A stretch of 64,000 bases of DNA from Haliotis rufescens. Its lineage: Eukaryota. How positions within the stretch are numbered: the stretch's first letter is position 1; each line of letters opens with the position of its first letter. A program made the position numbers and the translations under genes. The notes under the pieces were generated by a model, which worked only from the letters and a program-made list of their open reading frames with translations, ran no database searches and had not been told where the DNA came from. The stretch is from the NCBI RefSeq assembly GCF_023055435.1, contig NW_025963913.1, forward strand, positions 4,898,001 through 4,962,000, given 5' to 3'. Positions 38,301 to 50,600 of the stretch are shown here, piece after piece.

Positions 38301-38777
38301 AGCATATACCTATTTCCTTTGGAGAATTGTGAAATATTCATTGTGGCAAATTTATATAGATAGGTTGAATAAAACATGCCCTTCATTTCTTAAATTAAAT
38401 TAAATGTATACCTGAAGGAAATTCGTCACGTTATATTTTTATTAATGTATGTGTGGACAACTATTTGTTTTACATTTGGATTTTATCGTTTAATTGGCGG
38501 AACATTGACAGCTAAAGAGTGCATCAGGTGCGCGTTTCAAAATAGGGGCCGACCATTTGAGATTCCAGGGTGGAGTTGGGTCATGGTCTGTTGGGCTTTG
38601 GGTGTGCGTTTGTGGGTAGGGCTGGAGTGTGGGGTTGTGGAGCTGTTGAAGTGATAAAGCCCAACATTGTGTTTTTTCAGTCGAAATTTCCTATACTATG
38701 AACGAATATTAGTGGTAATAAATATACTGTTACTTTTTTGTGGTACCGATTTTAACGTTTCTTATGAATTGGGATAT

Positions 38778-39110
38778 AAATTCTTCACTATCAGACGATG
38801 AGCTGGACTCGTAGGCCATGTTGTTTTACCGTAAACTGGTACTTGATATATTTTGCGCTGAGAATAGACAGGAACCCAGTTGAATTGGCACCAATTACGT
38901 CATAATCTAAGGGGGGTAACTCAGGCCTGTTTAGCTCGCAAATCGAACGCCTCACAACGGCATTTCATTTTCACACTATTGTGAGCTTCCTACTTTCACT
39001 GTGAAAAAGATGAGTGTATATTTTCAAACACAGACACTAATTAATTCTAAAATTGCGTTTTGTTTAGAAAAAGAAAGAAAGTGATTTTGGCGTGTACACT
39101 TCCCCTTTAA
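38778..39110 (+). repeat. Duplicated right end of the Kolobok element, abutting its left end
   Basis: Matches 46898-47230 with 2 mismatches in ~333 bp and ends in the right TIR plus TTAA. Confidence 0.95.
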
Positions 39111-39314
39111 AGGGCAAGTGTACACGAAAATGAACCTATTTTTTTGGTACTTTTTCAACATTAAAAGTGTTAAGCTAGTAGAGTCATAGACAAAAATATA
39201 AAAATATCACAATTAATTAACATATTTTTTTCATTAAAACGATTTATATTTTTCACATTTACCAAGTGTTCTATTTCCATAACAAAAACACCATGGCTTA
39301 TGCCCCTTGCAATA

Positions 39315-39353
39315 TGACGTCATTGGTGCCAATTGATAAACAGTATGACGTCA
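39315..39353. promoter_or_regulatory. Two CRE-type palindromes (TGACGTCA) upstream of the transposase; the first is part of a subterminal inverted repeat
   Basis: TGACGTCA at 39315 and 39346. 39315-39334 is inverted at 47003-47022 (19/20 identical). Confidence 0.55.
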
Positions 39354-39438
39354 TCAAGCTTTGTTAGAGCGGCTTCACGTGGTGTATGTACAAGTGTGTG
39401 ATTCTAGCGTCTCAGGTGCGCAGCCTACTGATTTGAAC

Positions 39439-42400
39439 ATGGTATACTGTTCGGTTCCTCGCTGTTCAAATTACAACGCAAAGAAACATTATTCTAAAAT
39501 TAGTTATTTTCGTTTCCCAAAATCGCCACGGAGAAGACAACAATGGATAAAGTACTGTAAGATTCACGATGATGGATGGAAAGGTCCGTTGGGTGAATAT
39601 CGCGTCTGTGATGCTCACTTTGACACTTGCTGTCGTGTTTCGCGAGCAATGCCTTCCAGTTGTTCGACTGATCGGAAACAATTACGCCCGGATGCTGTAC
39701 CATCCTTATTTGGAAACGGGATCAAGGGACAGCACTCCCATCAAGACCCTGACTGGAGTGTTTTCGTAAACAAACGTCGTAAAGTCGAAGCATCTCGGGT
39801 AAGTTTAATGTATGTAATATCACATAAAATCTAAACACGGTAGCATATAAGGTAGCTGTTTAACACAGGAATAAGTTAGTATTTGTTCATAGTTTCACGA
39901 GATAATTAAGCATGTTAAACGTGCGTCTCGTTCACTTCCTGGAATTACTTGGACATCGATATTCGGTGATCAGCTGATCGCAGTACTACAGTGTGCTGCA
40001 CGGTTTTGTGATTTTGATAGTTGACATATGTGTGGTAAGTAATTTTCACGTAACGAACTTCATCGATTGTTTGTATTTGTTTTTTTAATTTACAGTCGTT
40101 CACCTTCACGAGCGATAAAAGTGAATTTGAATATAACTACCCCTCGATGCCCGTGGGCAGTCAGTGTGGAGATGTACCGTCCGAGAAACATAACTTGCAC
40201 ATACAACCCCCTAATTGGACAGCAGATGCCGGAACTGACACCAACCATCTCATTTCGGTAAGCTATTTAGCGACAACAAAACATACTACACGTATGTCAT
40301 TAGACATGATTAGACTGATTTAGCATTAACTGATAATTCTCAAAGTTCTGGAAAGACGTACATACATATATGTAGTATTCTTTACACGTCTTTGATGCCG
40401 TTAAAATACACAAATCACTGACATGTAGTTAATTCATAATGTGCTATCGCTGAAATTTTGTGAATGACACAGATGACAAACTTGTGAATGTTTGTACTAT
40501 TTCTATCAAATTTGTAGTGTCGAAGCAAGTCATGCCAGACTCTGATGCCCTCACTCAGCTCAACAGGTACTCAGAAGAGCCTGAATACATCCCGGTGCAC
40601 GGTAGCTGTCCAGTGTACACCGCAAACATGTGACCGTGCTACACAGTATGAGGTAACAAATTCATATTTCAAATTAATCAAGCATAAATTTATGTAAAAA
40701 TGATTTTTTTCACAATTGAAATATGTTGTACATTATATTCTTGTGATACTGTAACAGAATGTAACTGACATTTTCTAAATCTAATTGTGGCATTGTACAC
40801 TGGTGACATTTGTAACCAGGCACCAAGTGAGGCTGGCAGCAAGCATGATACACCTTACACAAGTGATGATGACAGTGACAGTGATGAAGACTACCACCCT
40901 CTTTCAAGCAAAGTCAAGTTCGAAGAATTTCAGTCCCAGCAAAAGTATGCATTGAATGTACCATTTTCCAATTCATATCAAATCTACCATAGCACGACAT
41001 ATTTAAACATCATTTGAACACACAATCTAACATGTACAATCACTTCAGTCAATCAACAAAGTAATTTGACAGTTGTTATTTTATATTTCAGGTCCCTCAA
41101 TGATCATCTTGAAGAAACAAAGTTCCTGGTGTTCAAATCCAATTTGTTGTCTTTGTTCTTGTTTTGCAAGTTATGCTTTTGTTCATGCAGAGCCACTATT
41201 TATAAAGTCTGTGGTAGTCTTGTGACTGTTCAGATACAGTGCCTTAGACACAAAGAGCATCTGTATTTCTGGAGTAGTCAGCCAGTCCACAAACAACTGC
41301 CACTTGGCAATTTGGCCATAGCTTGTGCTATTTTCTTTAGTAGCCTTTCCCCAGTAAAGGCTCTGAGGAGCTATTCAATACTGAACATGTACAGCATAAG
41401 CAGATCAACGTTTCATAAGATCCAGAGAAGCTATATTGTTCCAGCCATTTCAAGGGTGTGGTCTAAACATCAAAATCAACTCCTGCTTGAAAGAAAGGAG
41501 AAATCCATACGCCTGGCAGGGGATGCAAGGTGTTGCTCACCTGGACACACAGGTTAATCCACATTTTTTAGCTTTAAAGTACATGTATTCAAAAATCCTC
41601 TTTAGTCCAATATATTTTTTGTATATACATGTATATGCATATGAATACATATTATGTATGTGCCCAAATCATTTGAGACTACAAGCCCGAATATGGGTCT
41701 TAGCATAATTTTCAGTTAAATTTAGTGTTATTATAAGGATTATTATCAGCTGAGCTTATTCGACAGAACAGAAGTTTACTAGATTTGGGCTTCTGACTTT
41801 TGGCTAAATTGTCAACTGTGTACATGTGCGATGTAGATTGTTTAGTCTTTAGTATTCCAATGTGTGACTTGGCTGAATATGTGTAAGCATACCCATAACT
41901 GACAAATATGATAAATGCCACGGCTGACATAAAATTTAGAAATTTTCATTGCCTTTGATATATTTAATGTAACCATGTATTAGAAGAAGACATAAATTGC
42001 ACTGTATGTTATGTCAGCTTTATGTAGTCTCTGTGTTTTTTAACATTGTTACAGCCAAGTATGGAAGCTACACCTTGATTGATGTGGACACAAACCATGT
42101 TTTGGACATCCAGTTGGTACAGGTAAGAACACATATTCTTGTCATAACAAGGGTTCATGATACAGTAAAAGAAATACATACAGTTAAATACACCAACTGC
42201 ACATGATGTGACCTGAACATGTTGAGTTGTGTCCAGTGATACTTACAGACATTACATACTGAAAGTGTTGATGTTGAACATCTCTGTACAGGTGTGAACA
42301 ACTGAATTTCTATTGTTCTATTTTCAGTCGAATGAGGTGGCCAATTCTAATGCCATGGAACTTGAGGGATTAAAAAGGGGCCTTGCATTTCTTCAGGCAG

Positions 42401-44337
42401 CCAGGGTGGATGTTTCAGACATCATTACAGACAGGCACACGCAAATTAAAGCCTACTTAAGGAAGGAGGAAGCTGGCATTCACCACTGGTTTGATGTATG
42501 GCATGTAGCTAAAGGTGAATACATAGTTATACAAATCATCAATATCAGCATGATTAGATTGTAACTAATGTATTTCATCACCTAAAACGTAATAAACACA
42601 CTTCCAGGTAATTTCTGTTCAATATTATCATTATATGACATTACTAGCCATTGTACAGGTAGCTTTTAATGTTTTCAGGCATTTACAAGAAACTTCAAAA
42701 AATCAGCAAAAAGAAAGGCCTGGAAATAATCAGCTTGTGGGCACATTCCATTTCCAATCACCTATATTGGTGTGCTGCAACCAGCAAGGGCAATGCCGAG
42801 GAGGTGCAAGCTAAGTGGTTGTCGATTGCTAACCACATAGCTAACATCCATAGTGGTCATGGTGCAAGCTTCCCTTCATGTATGCACGGGGAAATTCAAG
42901 ATAGAATTTGGGTAACTGCTGGTATGTAAAATAAACAAATAAGCTTCATAATGTTTGATATAAAAGAAATTGTCTGCCACAAAAATGAGATTGTTAAAAA
43001 GTGTTATTTAGAAAAAAATTATTTTTTCTCCTCGTCTTCATAAAAAATGTGTTGGTGTCACTGATAAAACAATTGCACCACAATATCACATGCTCGGCCC
43101 CTTCTACCTTTTTGTATTGACTAAAAGTCATATTTTAACTTTCTTGATTTACTGACAAATGTAAAATGTTTAGTGACAAGGGCTGTGTATCGATACTCAC
43201 CACTAAAGATCAATTACTATGCCAATTGTTTGTAGACATTTTTTCATGACAACCCCCTCCCCCCACCCAGTGAAAATAATGACCAGATTACCAGTCCCCA
43301 AATAAAGTATCAAATTCATAACTTATTTAGTAGAAAATATATATATAATACTATGTATAAGTATATGTATTATAATTTCCAGGCACACGAGCTCACAAGG
43401 AGATTGAAAGTATCCTCAAGTCTACATATCTCCTTAAAGATGTGGCTAAACTGTCACCCCATGGGCAGACATCACATCTGGAAGGATTTCATAGCGTGAT
43501 ATGCCACTTCGCTCCCAAATTTTATCACTATCATTACAACGGAATGAAAGCAAGGTATGTATTGTGATGCTTTAAGAGAAACAAAAATAAAACTACATTA
43601 TGGGAGACTAATCTTCAGTTAATGATTGCAGAATCCTACACAGAGAAAGTATGACATTGCAGTAATTGCAATGTGTAGGCTGTGACTGTCAGCAGACTCC
43701 AGACAATTGGAGCATATAGTTTTCTCAGTCTTGATATCAGAAAGTTTTGACAATGTTATTATAACCATTACCATACCATTATGTGTACATCATGATATAT
43801 ATATAATATAATTACAATCTGTGACAATAAGAATACTGTAACAGGTTGCTGATGTCTGCACTCCATTTCAACGAGAATGGTAGTCGGCACATTGCAAACA
43901 CCAAGAATGGACACGAGAAATGGAGTGTTTCTTATCCTAAGAGCAGAAACTGGGAAGCTGCTGCTAAACCCCTCAAGACAAATCCAACATACGGTATGGA
44001 TGTTATTGGTGATAAGTGGCTTTACATGAGATCCATCAACATGGACTTTTCAGGAGGTTGAATCCTGTTTTTTATGGACCTGAAATAGTTGTTAGCATAT
44101 TGTGTAAAATCTTTTACAGTACAATGAAAAGCTGTTATGTGATTTTGGTGTATTATTTTTTCAGAATATGTTGGCGAGCTGCTACATGAAGTGTCATACC
44201 TCCGAACAGAGTTTACGAGTTTTAACCTTGCCAACAACTCCCTCAGTGAGAACCAGCCACCCTGCATAACTGACACTCATGGAAAGAAACAACAAAAACA
44301 GATTGTTGTCAGAAATCATAAAACCAGATTTCAATAA
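39439..44337 (+). CDS. Kolobok THAP-domain DDE transposase, 11 exons, ~744 aa
   Basis: GT-AG exons 39439-39798, 40096-40257, 40518-40652, 40820-40944, 41092-41552, 42055-42122, 42328-42514, 42679-42921, 43383-43554, 43845-43993 and 44165-44337 join in frame (2235 nt). THAP motifs CSVPRC..FRFP..W..VCDAHF..AVPSLF. Core motifs GDARCCSPGHTAKY, TDRH, FDVWHVAK, QTSHLEGFHS, ALHFNEN. Confidence 0.9.
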
Positions 44338-44350
44338 AACAGTATTTATT

Positions 44351-46939
44351 TTAGTGAGAATAGAGGAAACCCGTATACACATCCGATGGAAATCTTTCAC
44401 GAATTTTATGTACAACACAAGAAGGAATAACTTTTCGATGATTCTTTCCTAACTTTTGCCAAATCCAGTAGGTGAATCTCCTGTAGGCGAGATGTCGGTA
44501 AATTCTGAAAAGCATGAAAATAATTTTGAATACAGTGCATTAAAGGTATTGCCATTTTTTCTCTTACAAAACGTTACAAATATCATGTACTTTTAGAAGA
44601 TGGATATGGAGTGGTTCTAGGGGGTTCATGCAAGATGATGTTTTGGGGATTTTTTTAAAACAAATATTTTCAAAGTTTCCATGGTAAAACCTTTGACATA
44701 GACTAAAATGGCAGCATTGCTTGTTTCCAAGTGACGACAAGCAGTTCTTAACACACCCTACAGTATCCAGTGTGTTAGACCTATTACATGATTCTATCAA
44801 TAAATATAGAATCTATTATCTAAGAAGGGGTGGAGGAGAGGGATCTTACTTGACTAACACAGCACCTCACTGGTCAATTCAAAGATGCATAATGAATTCA
44901 CAAATGTCAAAAAAGCTGAGTTAACTGTTCCAATATAATCATATCAAGTTAAATGACATAGGTATAACAATTTCCTTGGAAAGTATGTGTGACGGTGCCT
45001 TGTCAACAATTCAGTCATGACTTATACAATTGATCATGTTTGCATGGTATGTTTAATACTATTGCTTTGAATATGATTACAAAACTTGTCCGAGAAATAA
45101 ACATTTAATGAATTGGAGAATTATTTCACTCGTCATATTTGTTTGTTTTACTTGACATATCTTCAAATACAATATACACATTTAAAAACAAGTCGAAAAT
45201 TTGTTTTAAAATCCTGACTCGTAGTCTACAATAAACAAGAGAAGACTTTGGTCACTGATGAAAGTAAATCAGGCATTTTTTCCCAAAATTTGTTTCAGGT
45301 ATTTTTATGTTTCATGAAGCTAATACATTCAAAAAACGTAAATGATGGTTTTAGCAACAAAAACCTTTGTCCCTTGATGTAACTTAATCTGAGAAAAATT
45401 CTCATCCCTGGAAATAAAATTATGAGATTATGGAAGTTGAATTTCTTATTTAAATTTTAGTGAAATTTGGGCGTTCAAATTGTTCTACAAACATGTAATC
45501 CTCTCTTGATAAAGCATACAACTATTTTATGAATTATTAGAATGTATCATACTTGTGTACTGGTTCATCATCTCCTATCGGACCACTGGTGTCAATGAAC
45601 TCATTGTAGTACGCCTCCATTCCATACTTGCTCAGTGACACTTCATAGAGGCCAGGGTGGTAAGTGATGCAGCTGAAGTTGCAGGTAGATGTGTCATCAA
45701 GCTTATTCTGGACAGGAGCAACATCAACACAACACAGCTCCTCTACCTCAGACTGCATTCCCACACAGCAACCACATGTACACCTGTAACATTATTGCAT
45801 CAGGTATATTATTTTTCATGATTTACACTTTGTGTAAGTACACAGTTCATTACCAGGCCAAATTAATAAAATAATATTAGGTGAAAACAATTTTAACATT
45901 TTTACTAAAGCATATGCAATTAATAGTTACAACACAGAGTATCGGACTTGAAGTGTTCATGATGTACGAAGGATAAAACATATTTTATAACGCCAAGTAA
46001 ATTATAATAGTGGCACAAACTCATGGTTACTGTTAGGTCTATTTAGAGGTATCAAATATCTGCCTGAAGTCATTTTCCAGTGACCAGTTATACTAGGGTA
46101 TGTTACAGTTTCCCAGCAATGTTGCAATGGCTTTGTTGTGATTCCGTGGTGAGAGCAAACCAATATTATAAACAATGATCTATTAAACTGATGTCGAACA
46201 AAACACAAAATATTGGGACTCATCAGGGCCTACTTTTCAAAAGGTGCTAGTTTCGTACAACGGGTGGCAGATCGGACAACCGATTGAACACGACATCGAA
46301 CAATACGACAGTCGTTTTGAATATGAATTTGGATCTTAAATATTATTTCATAGATCTGGAGAGGTTAACATGTGGCTCTTGTCAGTATGTTCACAATCGG
46401 AAACAACGTGTTGACTCGACAGCCTGCGGGACGAACACCTAAATCGTGTTACGCAAAGAATAGCAACGGTTGGCGACATACTAGTATTAAAATTGCCATG
46501 TAGCCTGCGAAGTAGCCCATGGGTGGTGAGGATAGTGAAACATTTTTGATAAGCTCGGATTGGACGATATTGCTATGGAATCGTAACAGGGTGGGACAGG
46601 ATAAATGGTTACAGAAGAGTATGGGTTAGGCTACCAGGCATGGCAAATATCTCTAAGAATATGTTTCGCTTCTGGAAATGTACAATGAGCTGTAACAAGA
46701 TATTTAGGCCAAGTTTATTCTTACCACAGTGGTCTCGTCGGTTGTTCAGTAGATGGGTCGGAGGCTGACGACACGAATAAGAGGTCTTCGCTTGTTTCTT
46801 CTTCGTCGCCATATCTTGACTTTATCTTGAAGTTCGGGAAATGTTCAGGTGTTGGCTCAAAAGCATATGGCTTTACAATTTCTGTCTGGTCAAACGAAAA
46901 TTCTTCACTATCAGACGATGAGCTGGACTCGTAGGCCAT
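44351..46939 (-). CDS. KolX accessory protein, P2X7 intracellular 'ballast'-like Cys-rich domain, 3 exons, ~199 aa
   Basis: Exons 46939-46725, 45783-45553 and 44504-44351 total 600 nt in frame. Motifs PYAFEP, WCTCGCC..M...EELCC, CITYHP, YRHLAYRRFTYWIW..LG...RKVIPSCVV..IR..FP...YTGF. Confidence 0.88.
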
Positions 46940-47679
46940 GTTGTTTTACCGTAAACTGGTACTTGATATATTTTGCGCTGAGAATAGACAGGAACCCAGT
47001 TAAATTGGCACCAATTACGTCATAATCTAAGGGGGGTAACTCAGGCCTGTTTAGCTCGCAAATCGAACGCCTCACAACGGCATTTCATTTTCACACTATT
47101 GTGAGCTTCCTACTTTCACTGTGAAAAAGATGAGTGTATATTTTCAAACACAGACACTAATTAATTCTAAAATTGCGTTTTGTTTAGAAAAAGAAAGAAA
47201 GTGATTTTTGCGTGTACACTTCCCCTTTAAAGTATCTGGTTTCAACTGGCCAAAGGGCACTTTCAGGATTTTTATAGGTCATTCTTCTATATTATAACGT
47301 AATCTGAAATACTGTCCTGATCCAAAGCAGATGCTCACCACGGACATGACGGTGATCGAGTTTTGCAGTGACTTAGGTTAAGAATTGCGGAGTTATGCCC
47401 CTTTTTGTCTTTGTACATGCATGTGGACATCGCCCTCGTGTTTTGACGTCAAAGCTGAAAAGTTGTCCAGGTTTCAAATCCTTCAATTCCCATTCGAAAT
47501 TCTTCAAGCAAGCAGTATATTGATTGAGCTAGATAATCGAGATCATAAGCAAGCATAAGCATATGCTTGATCTAGATAGCTCTACTCCAGGAGATCTTTT
47601 GTATTCTTAATGTATTACAATTATTTTTTATTTTTTTCCTGTTTAAATATTTCAGCCATTTTGCACATTTTTTTTCAGT

Positions 47680-50600
47680 GGTTCCTACAGATGATGATGT
47701 CATTCATGTAACAGCATCTTATTACAGATCACAGAGGAAAAACGAATCCCCTCATCAAGTTGAGGTATTTATAATATATGATGTTAAAGTAATGTTAATT
47801 TTATTTGAAGACATGTACCGTTCAGGGTTCACTCTAGGAATGTTCTGACATGAATTTGAAAATTTCAAATATTCCAGAGACACCCAAACTTGCCCATACA
47901 GCATGTTAAAATGCCCCATTGTATTTGAAAATGTGGGCCTTTTTTCAAATTTAGGAACAAGGCCCCAGCCTAGAGTTATCCCTGCATATATAATGAACAG
48001 GCCTACATTCATATTGTATCAGTTACAGTTATTCATAATACTCATCAGTAATTGTTTGTCACTTTCACCAGGATTATAATTACTTTGTTTCAATTCATGT
48101 GACTGTTAATAATTAGATCTTTAACTCAGTATTTTTAAATCAGTTGCTACTGGTTACTGTGGTATAATCTATTTTTAAATGATTGTGAAAAGGAATGTAA
48201 TTAAAATTATAAATAGTAAAACTTATTTCATTTATCCTCCAGATATATTTCGGTTGTCATCCACTTTCTGTGGAGACTGCTGTATGTTCCTGTTCCATTG
48301 GTCAGAGTCAGAGTTGTGGCCACATCACAGGTGTTATGTACCAGATAGCAAACTACAAGTGTCTTGGTGTTACTGCCAGAGTTGTGGCCACATCACGGAT
48401 GTGATGTACCAGATAGCAAACTACATGTGTCTTGGTGTTACTGTCAGAGTCAGAGTTGTGGCCACATCACAGGTGTGATGTACCAGATAGCAAACTACAA
48501 GTGTTTTGGTGTTACTGTCAAGGTTGTGGCCACATCACAGGTGTGATGTACCAGATAGCAAACTACAAGTGTCTTGGTGTTACTGCCAGAGTTGTGGCCA
48601 CATCACAGGTGTGATGTACCAGATAGCAAACTACAAGTGTCTTGGTGTTACTGTCAGAGGTGTGGCCACATCACAGGTGTTATGTACCAGATAGCAAACT
48701 ACAAGTGTCTTGGTGTTACTGCCAGAGTTGTGGCCACATCACGGATGTGATGTACCAGATAGCAAACTACAAGTGTCTTGGTGTTACTGCCAGAGTTGTG
48801 GCCACATCACGGATGTGATGTACCAGATAGCAAACTACATGTGTCTTGGTGTTACTGTCAGAGTCAGAGTTGTGGCCACATCACAGGTGTGATGTACCAG
48901 ATAGCAAACTACAAGTGTTTTGGTGTTACTGTCAAGGTTGTGGCCACATCACAGGTGTGATGTACCAGATAGCAAACTACAAGTGTCTTGGTGTTACTGC
49001 CAGAGTTGTGGCCACATCACAGGTGTGATGTACCAGATAGCAAACTACAAGTGTCTTGGTGTTACTGTCAGAGGTGTGGCCACATCACAGGTGTTATGTA
49101 CCAGATAGCAAACTACAAGTGTCTTGGTGTTACTGCCAGAGTTGTGGCCACATCACGGATGTGATGTACCAGATAGCAAACTACAAGTGTCTTGGTGTTA
49201 CTGCCAGAGTTGTGGCCACATCACGGATGTGATGTACCAGATAGCAAACTACATGTGTCTTGGTGTTACTGTCAGAGTCAGAGTTGTGGCCACATCACAG
49301 GTGTGATGTACCAGATAGCAAACTACAAGTGTCTTGGTGTTACTGCCAGAGTTGTGGCCACATCACAGGTGTGATGTACCAGATAGCAAACTACATGTGT
49401 CTTGGTGTTACTGCCAGAGTCAGGGTTGTGGCCACATCACAGGTGTTATGTACCAGATAGCAAACTACAAGTGTCTTGGTGTTACTGTCAGAGTCAGAGT
49501 TGTGGCCACATCACAGGTGTGATGTACCAGATAGCAAACTACAAGTGTCTTGGTGTTACTGTCAGAGTTGTGGCCACATCACAGGTGTTATGTACCAGAT
49601 AGCAAACTACATGTGTCTTGGTGTTACTGCCAGAGTCAGGGTTGTGGCCACATCACAGGTGTTATGTACCAGATAGCAAACTACAAGTGTCTTGGTGTTA
49701 CTGCCAGAGTCAGGGTTGTGGCCACATCACAGGTGTGATGTACCAGATAGCAAACTACAAGTGTCTTGGTGTTACTGTCAGAGTTGTGGCCACATCACGG
49801 ATGTGATGTACCAGATAGCAAACTACAAGTGTCTTGGTGTTACTGCCAGAGTCAGGGTTGTGGCCACATCACAGGTGTGATGTACCAGATAGCAAACTAC
49901 AAGTGTCTTGGTGTTACTGTCAGAGTTGTGGCCACATCACAGGTGTGATGTACCAGATAGCAAACTACAAGTGTCTTGGTGTTACTGCCAGAGTCAGGGT
50001 TGTGGCCACATCACAGGTGTGATGTACCAGATAGCAAACTACAAGTGTCTTGGTGTTACTGTCAGAGTTGTGGCCACATCACAGGTGTTATGTACCAGAT
50101 AGCAATCTACAAGTGTCTTGGTGTTACTGTCAGAGTTGTGGCCACATCACAGGTGTGATGTACCAGATAGCAAACTACATGTGTCTTGGTGTTACTGCCA
50201 GAGTCAGGGTTGTGATCACATCACAGGTGTTATGTACCAGATAGCAAACTACATGTGTCTTGGTGTTACTGCCATTCCAGATGATGTCTGCAAAACTTCA
50301 CTTCCCCGAACCTGGCATCTTCCAAGAGGAGAAAAAATTAAGGGAGCTCAGTCAGATGATATAGTTGTTCAAGGGTATGACACTGAGAACCCTACTCGTG
50401 TCACTGAAGGTGTCCATTCTAACCTCTACAATCCTTTGCAATCACCTCTACCACCAATCCAAAACTTAGTTGTTTCACTAAGGGACATTAGGCCGAATCT
50501 GTTACTTCTGACAGTCTCTGTACCAAATTCTAAGTCTGAAGTGTTAACAAAATTTGGCATGTTTCCAAAAGGGAGTGTGTTATCGTATCAGCAAGGACTT

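Larger units (their letters stand above)
39111..47226 (+). mobile_element. Kolobok DNA transposon, apparently autonomous (8116 bp)
   Basis: TTAA at 39107-39110 and 47227-47230. TIRs AGGGCAAGTGTACACG / CGTGTACACTTCCCCT with 1 mismatch. Two convergent intact genes. Confidence 0.92.

Noticed and set aside
44351-46939. Host P2X7 receptor gene
   Set aside because: Only the ballast-like domain is present, with no transmembrane or ectodomain exons, and it lies inside transposon TIRs.
38778-47230. LTR element or canonical KolobokP defined by the 333-bp direct repeats
   Set aside because: The repeat lacks TG..CA ends, PBS and PPT, carries only the right TIR, and starts inside the KolX coding sequence.
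48303-50273. CRISPR-like array or repetitive Cys/His-rich protein
   Set aside because: There are no unique spacers, only pure tandem units derived from an exon. The overlapping ~60-aa ORFs arise from unit lengths not divisible by 3.
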